NCBI GenBank assembly: GCA_054661495.1
Contig: BAAFSQ010000021.1
Span: 30,001-62,000, forward strand
Length of the DNA stretch: 32,000 nt
Source: Zygophlyctis sp. KS116
Taxonomy: Eukaryota; Fungi; Chytridiomycota
Direction: 5' to 3'
Every line of letters begins with the position of its first letter. Position 1 is the first letter of the stretch. The notes under the pieces were generated by a model. That model worked only from the letters and a program-made list of their open reading frames with translations, was not told where the DNA came from and made no database searches. This document shows, in pieces, positions 10,013 to 22,569 of the stretch. The translations under genes were made by a program, and so were the position numbers.

Positions 10013-11471
10013 ATGAATTTATTTGAAACTCAACGACAACTCTTTACAGACATTGATTTCCTGTTAAAGAATTCATCCAATCTCTTGCTAGATAATTCTG
10101 TAAAGAATGGAATCTTTAAAGATTATATAATTTCTAAAAATTTGAATTTATTGCAATTCAAGGCAAAGAAAATACTGGAATTGGAAAATTCTTTAGAAAA
10201 ATCTCAAGAATTAAACAATATTACAAGCACTGGTCAAGATTTACCAGAATTTTATTCCTATTTAAAGGTTTTAAGGAGTGAATACAATGATTCTAGTCTC
10301 TGCACTGCGCTGGGTGAGGAGAAGGGTGAGAGAGACTGGGAAGCAGATAGGAGAGAGTTTGACTCTAGGTTCAATGGGGAAGAAGGTCTAGGACATTTTC
10401 TAGATTTGGTTGAATTTTACAATCGATTCTTGAATTTAAAGCCTAAGCGGATCAATTATCTCTCTTATGTACGCGTGTTTTATGATTTGGAGAAAATTCC
10501 TCTAAATTCAAAAAAAAGTGCAGACTATAAAAGTTATGTAAAGGATTTATGCTTTTATATGGAAAATTTTATATCAAAAACTAATCCATTAACAGATTTA
10601 GATTATAAAAAAGTCAATTTTTTAAAAAAATTTGAAAAAAAATGGGAAAATGGAGACTTTAAAATGGAAATTGATGATCCTTTATTTTGTAAAGCTTGTA
10701 ATTTTTTAAAAATAATAATTATAATAGGTGAAAAACAATTTTCAAAAGTTACAGTCTTTGAAGCTCATAAATCTGGAAAAAAACATTTAAAAGCTCTAGA
10801 ATCTTTTCAAAATAATGATAAAGGTGAAAAAAAGAATTTGGCAATGTTTGAATTCTTGATTAAAGAGTATACTGTAGAATTACAAAATGTAATTGAAGAA
10901 ACAGTCTTTCATGTAGAAAGAAAACAAACATTGACTGAAAAAGAACGTGTACTTTAATATTTTAATAATTTATAGATGGAAGAAGCTGCAGAAGAACCAG
11001 TAGTTATTTCAGACGCAGAGTCTGATGATTCTGAAGCATTATATAATCCTCTTAAACTTCCAATGGGATGGGATGGAAAACCTATTCCTTACTGGTTGTA
11101 CAAGTTGCATGGATTGGGTGTAGAATACAAGTGTGAAATATGTGGAAATTTTGTTTATATGGGCCGTAAAGCCTTTGAAGGACATTTTTCTGCATTTCGT
11201 CATATTTATGGTCTTCGATGTCTTGGAATTACAAATACTAGACATTTTGCTGAAATTACTAGTATTCAAGATGCTTTAGAATGTATTTACTTTTTATTAA
11301 GAATTTATAGTGTGGGAAAGATTGCAGAATGATGAAAGAGCAGTAGAAGCATCTCAAGATGCAATTGAAGAGTATGAGGATGATTATGGTAATGTCTTTA
11401 ACAAAAAGACTTTTGAAGGTATGAAATTGTTTAGTTTAGTATTAGACTTGAAAAGACAAGGATTATTATAA
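10013..11471 (+). CDS. PRP9: U2 snRNP splicing factor SF3a60 / SF3A3
   Basis: F.GEEG.G.FLDL; CKAC..F....F..H..GKKH zinc finger; [25 protein letters not shown]; CEICGN..YMGRKAF; [23 protein letters not shown]. Introns 10698-10727, 10949-10975, 11283-11310, 11419-11445. Confidence 0.96.
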
Positions 11472-11588
11472 AAGACTTAATAAAATCTCCATACCTTGAT
11501 CATCACCTACTCTTTTACAGAATAAGCCAAAAAACTGGCTTCTAACAAACGAAAAATAACTTTTGGTTCAGTTCAGCCCAGCAAGAAG

Positions 11589-13248
11589 ATGGTTTCCAAG
11601 AGTCAAGAGTCGCAAATGATTAGACTCATGATCCAGTGTTTGAGTGATTTGGGATTAAATAAAACTGCGCAGACACTGGAAAATGAATCGCAGGTTAAAT
11701 TAGAGTCTAGTCAAGTCTCGGCATTTAGAAGCGCTATTCTGGATGGTGATTGGAACAATTTAGATGAATATTTTACATTATTAACGATTGATGAGAAATC
11801 AATTAATAATGTAAAGTTTTTGATTTATAAACAGAAATACTTGGAATTTCTTGAAATGGGAAATGTAAAGGATGCTCTATATACTCTAAGACACGAGTTA
11901 ACTCCCTTGCGCGTGGAAAGTAAACAATTGCACAAATTATCAAGGTTTTTTAATATTTTATGAAATTTCAGCTTAATGATGCTTCAAGATACTAAAGAAT
12001 TGATGTTGAAATCAGACTGGAACGGAATCAATGGGAAATCACGGAATAAATTACTAAAGGATATTCAAAGTACTTTGTTTAAAATAATTTTTAGATTATA
12101 TACCACCACATGTAATGATTCCAGAAAGTAGACTTGAAACACTTTTGGAACAAGCAGGAAATTGGCAAAAAATGAAATGTGTTTATCATAATTCTTTTAA
12201 TGAAGAAAATGATTCGTTATATTCTGATCATTATTGTGATCGGTAATTTTTAAAAAGTAATGATAGAAATTCCTTTCCAATGAAAAATACTCTTGTTTTT
12301 GAAGATCATGCAGATGAAGTTTGGTTTGTTGCGTTTTCAAATAATGGTAATTATCTTGCTTCTGCATCAAAAGATTCAAATGCAATTATATGGAATGTAG
12401 ATGTAAGATTTTAAATAATTTAATATTATAGACTTGGAAACCACTTTATGTATTATCTGAACATAAGGATGCAGTGTCATTTTTGGCATGGAGTCCAAAT
12501 GATTTAATGTTACTAACTGCTTCAAATGATCATTCACTAAAATTATGGCAAGTTTCTACAGGGAAATGTATGAATACATTTTCAAAACATTTAGAAGCTG
12601 TGACTTCTTGTGCTTGGTTACCAGATAATAGTGGATTTGTCTCTGGATCTCTTGAAAAAGCTATATACCTTTGGAATGTCGATGGTACAGTGCTTCATAA
12701 ATGGTCTGGTATTCGTGTTATGGATCTTGCAATCACAAAAGATGGAAAAACATTGATTGCAACTTCTGAAAAGAAGATTAGGCTATATAATCTAGAAGAC
12801 AGTAATAAGTCTGAAAAAGGGTATTATTGTTTTTAAAATCTAATTAAAGTTCCTTGACTGAAAACGAATCTATTACTTCTGTATTTTTAAGTTCAGATAA
12901 TAGATATATATTAGTCAATCTATCAGTGCAAGTAATTTTTTTAAAAACTAAATATTTTAGGAAATTCATTTATGGGATTTGGAAGAAAAGAGAGTCTTGG
13001 CAAAATATATTGGACAAAAGCAAGGAAGGTTTGTAATTAGATCTTGTTTTGGAGGAACTCATGAAAACTTTATTCTTAGTGGAAGTGAAGACTCACATGT
13101 ATATGTCTGGTCTAGAGAACACGGAAATGTTTTAGAAGTGCTTTCTAGCCACACTGGTTGTGTAAATTGTGTTAGTTGGAATCAAACCAGAAACATATTT
13201 GCATCCGCCTCTGATGATCACTCAATCCGTATTTGGAGTACTGATTAA
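11589..13248 (+). CDS. WDR26: WDR26/Gid7 LisH-CTLH-WD40 subunit of the GID/CTLH E3 ligase
   Basis: IRLMIQCLSDLGL..TA..LE.ES (LisH); QKYLEFLE; MIPESRLETLLEQA; HADEVWF; GRFVIRSCFGG..FILSGSED. Introns 11945-11971, 12070-12094, 12243-12266, 12403-12431, 12821-12849, 12932-12960. Confidence 0.94.
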
Positions 13249-13251
13249 AGA

Positions 13252-13875
13252 TTATTTTTCTATATTTTTCAAGTGTTGATTTAAAATCTGTCCCAATTTT
13301 GACGGTAAAAATCCTAGTGTATGAACCAATTGTTGAGCAGGAGAAGATAATAAACCAACTAGCTGTGATTGAAGCTGTAACAAATTTGGTAATTTTGTAA
13401 TTGATTCTAATGCATCTGCTGATAAAACTATCCCATCATATTTTGCACCTGCGACCATTGTTTTTGCTTTAAATTTCAGAGCAATCTTATTAAAATCCTT
13501 TAGTAGATTAGGAGATTCTCCATCTGATGCATTTGAATACACTAGAATGGACGGCCCAACCAACAAATTTCTAAATGTATTTGCTGATGGTTCAATATCT
13601 GAAACAGCAGCCCCAAAAATAGAATTCCTGACCAAGAGAACAGAGAATCCACTTTTCCGACATTCTCGTTTTAGATCCTGGATGGCATTTGAAGTCATAT
13701 TATTATTCTGCAACACAAAAATTGCTCTAGCAGGCACTACATCCTTGTAAACTTCAAATAAAAAAGTTTTCCTTAGCGGGATCTGATTTCCTCGCATTGA
13801 TTTCTTTGCATTCTTAAATGCCTCTACTGCCCTGGCCTTTTGAATCATACCATTGAACAATTGCAACTTGTTCAT
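13252..13875 (-). CDS. MRPL10: Mitochondrial ribosomal protein uL10m
   Basis: L10 family pattern (VRNSIF; LLVGPS; ITKLPNL.QL.SQLVGLLSSPAQQL). Start placed at ATG 13875 because the longer ORF start (14043) lies inside the EAPP gene. Intronless. Confidence 0.8.
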   Translation of the reverse strand: MNKLQLFNGMIQKARAVEAFKNAKKSMRGNQIPLRKTFLFEVYKDVVPARAIFVLQNNNMTSNAIQDLKRECRKSGFSVLLVRNSIFGAAVSDIEPSANTFRNLLVGPSILVYSNASDGESPNLLKDFNKIALKFKAKTMVAGAKYDGIVLSADALESITKLPNLLQLQSQLVGLLSSPAQQLVHTLGFLPSKLGQILNQHLKNIEK

Positions 13876-13968
13876 TCTATTAATTTTAACAGAATTCTGT
13901 TTAGGGCTTATTACTGTTAAAGATTGAATCTGTTGATTTATTTCTAGACTTATACTTGCATTTCTGCT

Positions 13969-14017
13969 TACTAGCACTTGATGAATACTAGTACTGAATA
14001 CTAGCACTTGATGAATA
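13969..14017. repeat. 19-bp direct repeat TACTAGCACTTGATGAATA, two copies with a 30-bp period
   Basis: Exact copies at 13969-13987 and 13999-14017, in the EAPP to uL10m spacer. Confidence 0.9.
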
Positions 14018-14032
14018 TAGGTAAAATCATAA

Positions 14033-14577
14033 TCACGATGCAATAACTTGATAAAAATGAGTTATAGATTCTGTATCCACCAGACCGATTTCTAAATCAC
14101 ATTCTATACATTTTACTGGATGATATATTGAATCATCACTAGTATCCCTTTGAATCACATCTTTTAGTATTTCACAATTTTCAATGTATGCAGTTTCATA
14201 CTGATGATTTCCAAGTCTAGAGTTAATGGTTATAATGTACCTAGAGAAATAAAAAGATACCGGAGTAAAACATAATGCACAAGATAGCGTTCCTTTTTGA
14301 TAGTCTTTGGATATTTTAAATTTTGATAATTTCTTTGAGAGCCATTTCTCATCATCAAAGTCTTGATTTTCATCTGATGTTAGTTGGTAGTCTTACTGTA
14401 TAAATGATCTTGATCAAGGGTTTGATCTGCAGGGACTAGTAGATCAGAGGGATCAATGTCTGAATTGGATTCATCTTCTTTCAGCGGTGGATCTTGTAGT
14501 TTTCTATGATTTCCAGATGCTAATTTCCCAGAATTAACAAGAGCATCAAGTGAATCTAAACTCTTTGACTTTAGCAT
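14033..14577 (-). CDS. EAPP: E2F-associated phosphoprotein (EAPP)-like protein
   Basis: After removing intron 14374-14396 (23 nt, with ACTAAC) and probable intron 14217-14240 (24 nt): LYNENQDFDDEKW...LSCALCFTPV...IENC...YHPVKCIECDLEIGLVD...HFYQVIAS*, matching the Eapp_C pattern. The ORF track shows only exon 1. Confidence 0.85.
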
Positions 14578-14608
14578 GGGCAGCCTAGACCTGAAAGCTG
14601 TGGCACCA

Positions 14609-15515
14609 ATGGCATGGGAAAAGATTCTCTACAAGGAGCAGGAGTATCCTGATAATTATGTGGATTCTTCGTTTTTACAAGAGATGGAAAAGAATGTTAA
14701 TGTCAGGCCATTGAGTTATTGGGATGTGGTTTGGGAAACTATTCCTGTGAGCATTCATACGTCTGCAATTCTATTTTTTGTCGGAATATTTATCCATTTG
14801 TATAATAATCTGTTGAGCGCATCCTTATTGATCTCAATGTCATTTTTAACTTGTATTTCAGGATACTTTATATGGGATTTTTATTTGGATGGCGTGCAAA
14901 GATCATATGCAAATGGTGAAACTAGAGCAAAAATATTATCCAGTTCTATAATATTAACAATAATAATAATGGGGCTCTCTCCGTTATTGAAGACTTTAAC
15001 AAGAGATATTTCTTCAGATTCATTATGGGCAATGACAATGTTTATGTTGATTGGAAATGCTGCTTTTCATGATTATACTTGTCCAAATAAGACAACTGCA
15101 CAATTTCCTGATTCTCTCTCAATTAATGCAGCTATATTCTCTTGTGTCTTGTTAGCGTCAAGGTTGGATTTAGTAATTGATGTTTTTGCATTAATGTTGG
15201 TTGGATTAGAGATTTTTGGACTTTTCCCAGTGTTTCAGAGATATTTAAGGGTATTTTTCTTCATCTTTATTATAGAGGAAATCAGAAAATATGCATGTAA
15301 TTTTATGCCTGATTCTAATGATTTCTACATGTATTTTATTCAAGACAATTCATCAAATTATTATAGTATTTTATCTAGGATTTCTAGTACTAGTGACTTT
15401 TCTAAGTCCTGCTCTTCTAATTTGGATTCAACAGTATAAATCAGAAATTAGAGGACCATGGGATGAAGCAAAGATTTTGAAGATGAAATCTAAAAGATTG
15501 AATTTAATGTTTTAA
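14609..15515 (+). CDS. GPI2: GPI-GlcNAc transferase subunit PIG-C
   Basis: WEKILYKEQEYPDNYVD; LSPLLKTLT..ISSDS.WA; SLSINAA.F....LASRL; YKSEIRGPWDEA. Intron 15251-15275. An alternative in-frame ATG lies at 14576. Confidence 0.95.
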
Positions 15516-15597
15516 AGGATTTCTGATTCTCTTTTAAATCGCGTGTCGCCGTTGCTTTAGAGCGCGTTTTGACTTTGTTTGAATATTAAATTTAGAT

Positions 15598-17432
15598 ATG
15601 GTAGATGTTACGCTGATTGTGACTTCTGTCATTTTCGCTGCTCTTGTGATTATATCGTCAATTTATTTTGTAGTATATTTTCAACATCCAGAAGACAAGA
15701 ATGTTGCTTGGTTTCCAAAGATTGTTACGGTACAATAGGCGCGTAATCAAGTAGGTCTCTGCGATATCTATTGCATGTTTCAATGTTTTCTTGATCCCTT
15801 TAGATGTAGGGAATCAGGGTAATTCTACTGCAATGTATGGTCAGGGAGGTCTTCCCATGGCTTATATTACAGTAGTCTTTTATTCGATATCAATGATTTA
15901 CATGCTGCTTGTGATTCCATTCACAGTATTCTTTTATGAAGGGGATGATGAGACAGATAGGGGTGCAGATTCTAGGTAATGCTTTTATAACTTATTTTGA
16001 AAGTGGAAGAATAGGAAAACAGATTGCATTTGCTTTAAAATGGACGATTCCGTTATGGATTTTAATCATAATAATCGTTTGCTCATTATACTATTCTGGA
16101 TATGCTAATGCAACAATTCAAACTTCGGTTGCGGCAAATACTCTATACGAAATCGATTATAATGCTCCTGATGAATCTTGGATTGGAAAAGATTTTTTTT
16201 GCAACCTGACACTCATTGCAAAAGAAGCCACGAATTCGACACTTTATTCGCAATTTGTACTTGATTTTACTGGTGGATATGGATGTGACAAGGCCAATTA
16301 TGTACTTATTTAATTTAATGATTTAAAGCCATGTTGCAAGACGATTGTTAATAATATTTTCTCAATTTCCCCTCTAGTTTTTACAATTGGAATAGTGATG
16401 TTTATTGGATGGATTCTCTTTGCGATTTTTGGTGGAATCGGATTGGCTTCGTTACCAATTGATCTAATTCAAGAGTTTCAGCATCGTCCGAAACCGATAA
16501 CACAGGCAGAGTACGTTTTTCCATTTTCATGGTTTATCTAACACAAAAGGTATCAAGAAAAGAAGAATATCATTGGCGTTGAGGCTCAAATTCTGATGGA
16601 GTCTGGCAAAACTCTGAGTGAAGAATTGCAAGAAGTTTCCAGGCTAGGCGTGACTAATAGAAGATATCGTAATGTTAAAACAAAGGAACAAAATTTTAGA
16701 AAGGTATTGATTGAAAGTTTATTTTAGGATGTAATCATTCTTGAATACCATTATCTGAATCTTGAAGAATCATACAAATATCAGGGCGGGAATATACTTT
16801 TACAATACGTAAAACTTGCAGGCGGTATAATTGGGTAATTTTTAAAAGTTTAACTCAAAGACTTATTTTATCCATCTCTTGGATTCTCCACATTTTATTA
16901 TATACAATCGAGAAGGCTATCAAAGATTGGACATATTTAGATACCTTTTTAAACAATATGCTAATTTCCGCATCTGCTGTAGCTCCTTTTTTCGCCACAT
17001 TCTTATATATTGTTTTTGCACTTTATCTATTTTTGTGTGTAATCAAGGGAAATCAGAAGCTTGGTATGAAGGTTTTCTTTGTGGCTATACATCCTTTAAA
17101 GTAATTATATTTTATAATCATTTAGAGTCGGTGATACATTGATGTCTGGACTTGTTTTCAATGCTGGTGTCCTATTAACCACATCTTTACCAATCGCACA
17201 ATTTCTTACAATTTCATTCTCAGAATTTGGAGTTTTAACTCAAAATAACTGTAAGATTTTGTATATTTAGATTATAGCTCTTTTTGGTATTCAGTTGCAA
17301 ACCCTAGCTGGTTTCAATTATGCATATGCATCATTAATATTTTTACTAATTACATGCACGACTCTGACTGTAATATACTACTCTGTTCGGCCATACCGGA
17401 AGCAAAAGGAGAATATGCTAAACTTTAAATAA
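15598..17432 (+). CDS. LMBR1-like (LIMR family) multi-pass membrane protein
   Basis: VYFQHPEDKNVAWFPK; LIPLDV.N; IPF..FFYE; GW.LF.IFGGIGL..LP.DL; IHPLKVGDTLM. Introns 15730-15754, 15976-16003, 16302-16328, 16511-16549, 16704-16727, 16835-16860, 17101-17125, 17251-17277. Confidence 0.9.
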
Positions 17433-17459
17433 TTCCAGTTTTGAATTTAATGATTTGAA

Positions 17460-17465
17460 ACGCGT
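17460..17465. promoter_or_regulatory. MluI cell-cycle box (MCB)-like element ACGCGT
   Basis: Perfect ACGCGT 27 bp upstream of the MCM5 ATG in CpG-poor DNA, directly preceded by TTTGAA (17454-17459). Confidence 0.5.
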
Positions 17466-17492
17466 TCGGACGTTTCTTAATTAAAATACTTT

Positions 17493-20000
<2,508 letters not shown>

Positions 20001-20004
<4 letters not shown>

Positions 20005-20340
20005 CAATTATCTACTGGAGTAGAACCTCTTTCACACAGCTTTTTTTTAAATTATTAAAGATACCTCTTGAGGGAAAGGCACATTACGCTCCCACTTTGT
20101 CCCACCTGGAGCTGTAGGCCTTATATAAGGCTGTGGATGAGCATACAAGGCCAACAAGTATTCGGTGCGTTTTAAAGCAGAAATAATCTCTTGCTGAGAA
20201 GTCAAATTTCGATTATCTTCAAACAATTGTCTTATCATTAATGACTTTGCTCTTGCTTCATCTAGCTGCCAGTACCAGTCATTAACCAGTTTTAGACTTT
20301 TCTTGTAGAGCTTTTGAACATATTTTGTGTGGACAGACAT
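20001..20340 (-). CDS. NDUFB9: Complex I accessory subunit NDUFB9/B22 (LYR family)
   Basis: V..LYKKSLK; IR..FE.N; HPQPYIRPTAPGGTKWERN. Intron 20040-20064 gives a C-terminus LCERGSTPVDNC*; the last exon is less certain. Confidence 0.9.
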
Positions 20341-20443
20341 TAGGGTAGGAGGGTAGGTTCTTGTTGGATTTGGAGAAAATTCGTTTCAATTAACACGGAA
20401 AACGGAATAATATTTGTTTGTTTATTTAAATATTCCGAAAGAG

Positions 20444-22472
20444 ATGAAAGGCTTAAAGGTGACACTATATCTTTTTAAATTTAGATTCCATCGATAAGTA
20501 GAAAATCTTCAATTTCCAATGATAAAGATGAAGCTAAATCCCCTAAACCTCCAGCAGCAGTTCCAGCAGCGCTAGCACAGAAGAAGCCGGCAGTTCCAGG
20601 GACTGTAATTGTTTATTTTTAATTTTAAGAGCTCTCCGTCAGACTTGAAAATAAGGCCAGATAGAGAAAATAAGGAAATTCCAAAGACTACAGCATTGAA
20701 TAGAATTAAAAGTGGTAAAGATGTGGTAATAGGACAACCAAAGTCGCCGAAAAGACAACGCTCTTCAAGATTTCATGTTACAGAACATGTTGAATTAGAA
20801 AAACTTCCAGGGTTTAAAGACGTCATGCCAACAGAAAGACAGGATCTTTTTTTTAAGAAATTGAAACAATGCTGCGTCATATTTGATTTTTCTGATCTAA
20901 CATCGGATCTAAAGGGAAAAGAGATTAAAAGACAGGCATTGACAGAATTGGTTGAATATGTGACTCTTAATAGGGGATGTATAACGGAAAATGTATATCC
21001 GGAAATCATTCAAATGGTATTTTTTTTATACTTAATACTTCAAGTTTTCTATAAACTTGTTTAGAACTCTTCCACCACAAAGTAATCCTATGGGGGATGC
21101 TTTTGATCCAGAAGAAGATGAACCTGTTTTAGAAGTTTCATGGCCTCATTTACAAACTGTTTATGAATTATTTTTGCGTTTTCTAGAATCTCCAGATTTT
21201 AATACCAATATTGCAAAGAAACATATAGATCAAAAATTTGTATTGGAGGTAATTTTGGGTTGGAATGTTTAATTAAAGTTGCTAGAATTATTTGATTCTG
21301 AAGATCCTAGAGAAAGAGACTTTTTAAAGACTACATTACACAGAATTTATGGGAAATTTTTAAACTTACGGGCTTTTATTAGAAGATCAATCAATAATGT
21401 ATTTTTTCATTTTGTCTATGAATCGGAAACACATTATGGTATCGCAGAATTATTGGAAATTCTTGGGAGGTAATTCCAGTTTTATTAATTGAAAGTATTA
21501 TTAATGGTTTTGCATTACCTTTAAAAGAAGAACATAAGGTATTTCTGGTCAAGGTGTTGATTCCGTTGCATAAGGCGAAATCTTTGGCTTTATACCATCC
21601 GCAATTAGCTTACTGTATTGTTCAGTTTTTGGAAAAAGATCCTTCACTAACAATTGATGTTGTAAAGGGATTATTGAGACTCTGGCCAAAAGTAAATTCA
21701 CCAAAAGAAGTCATGTTCTTGAACGAGACTGAGGAAATCTTGGATGTAATGGAGCCTACCGAATTCCCAAAAGTTGTGAACCAACTATTTTCTCAAATTG
21801 CCAGATGTGTAGGAAGCCCACACTTTCAAGTCGCCGAAAGAGCATTGTTCTTGTGGAGCAATGACTACATTGTAAGCCTTATGAGTGATAATGTCAATAC
21901 CGTTTTACCTATTGTATTTCCAGCTCTTTACAAGAATTCAAAATCCCATTGGAACCGGTAATATTTAAAAATTTAATATATAAGAACCATTCATGGACTA
22001 ATATACAATGCTTTAAAGTTATTTATGGACATTAGTCCCAAGTTATTTGATGAATGCACCAATAGATATAAACAATTTAGGCAAATAGAAAAGAAGAAGC
22101 AAAAAGATCATGATGACATTTGGTTAAAAATCGAGGCCTTAGCTGTCCAAAACAATGGAAAAAATCATGTTTCTTCAAATGCAAATCCCGGTACACGAGG
22201 AATCAAAATCAGTTCTACTAATGACAATAGTGCCTCTGATCAGGAAGAAAGTGGATCAGATTATGAAGAAGATGATGTTCTTACAAAGGATATTACCCGC
22301 TCAAAGTTTAATGTAATTTAATTTTTTTTAAATATAGCCCAATAATACTGGAGAAAATGCACGGTTCCGCAGGAAATCAACGCTTCCCGTGGACGAAAAA
22401 GTTTTATCTGAATTGGCAAGACATAAATCATTAGAAGATCTACTCAAGAAAAAGGATGGTGAATTAGCCTAG
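20444..22472 (+). CDS. RTS1: Protein phosphatase 2A B'/B56 regulatory subunit
   Basis: [17 protein letters not shown]; [24 protein letters not shown]; HFQVAERAL; RRKSTLP. Introns 20459-20484, 20605-20629, 21017-21044, 21249-21278, 21470-21495, 21958-21984, 22313-22337. Confidence 0.96.
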
Positions 22473-22569
22473 TATTTAAGAGATTATATTCTTTTTTTAA
22501 AAGGCGTTTTGAGACGTCTCCTAGCCCGTAAGTTGGCCCTAGTTTTAGTCCTAAAAAAGAAAAGATTCA

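Noticed and set aside
13978-13997. Box C/D snoRNA-like TGATGA...CTGA
   Set aside because: The boxes are too close together, there is no terminal stem or identifiable guide, and the local repeat explains them.
13876-14043. 56-aa N-terminal extension of uL10m in the ORF track (IHQVLV twice)
   Set aside because: It starts inside the EAPP 3' end and merely translates the 19-bp DNA repeat; a downstream ATG is more plausible.
14241-14260. Apparent 20-nt intron GTATCTTTTTATTTCTCTAG in EAPP (minus strand)
   Set aside because: Removing it shifts the frame into a stop and loses the conserved C-terminal CxxC region.
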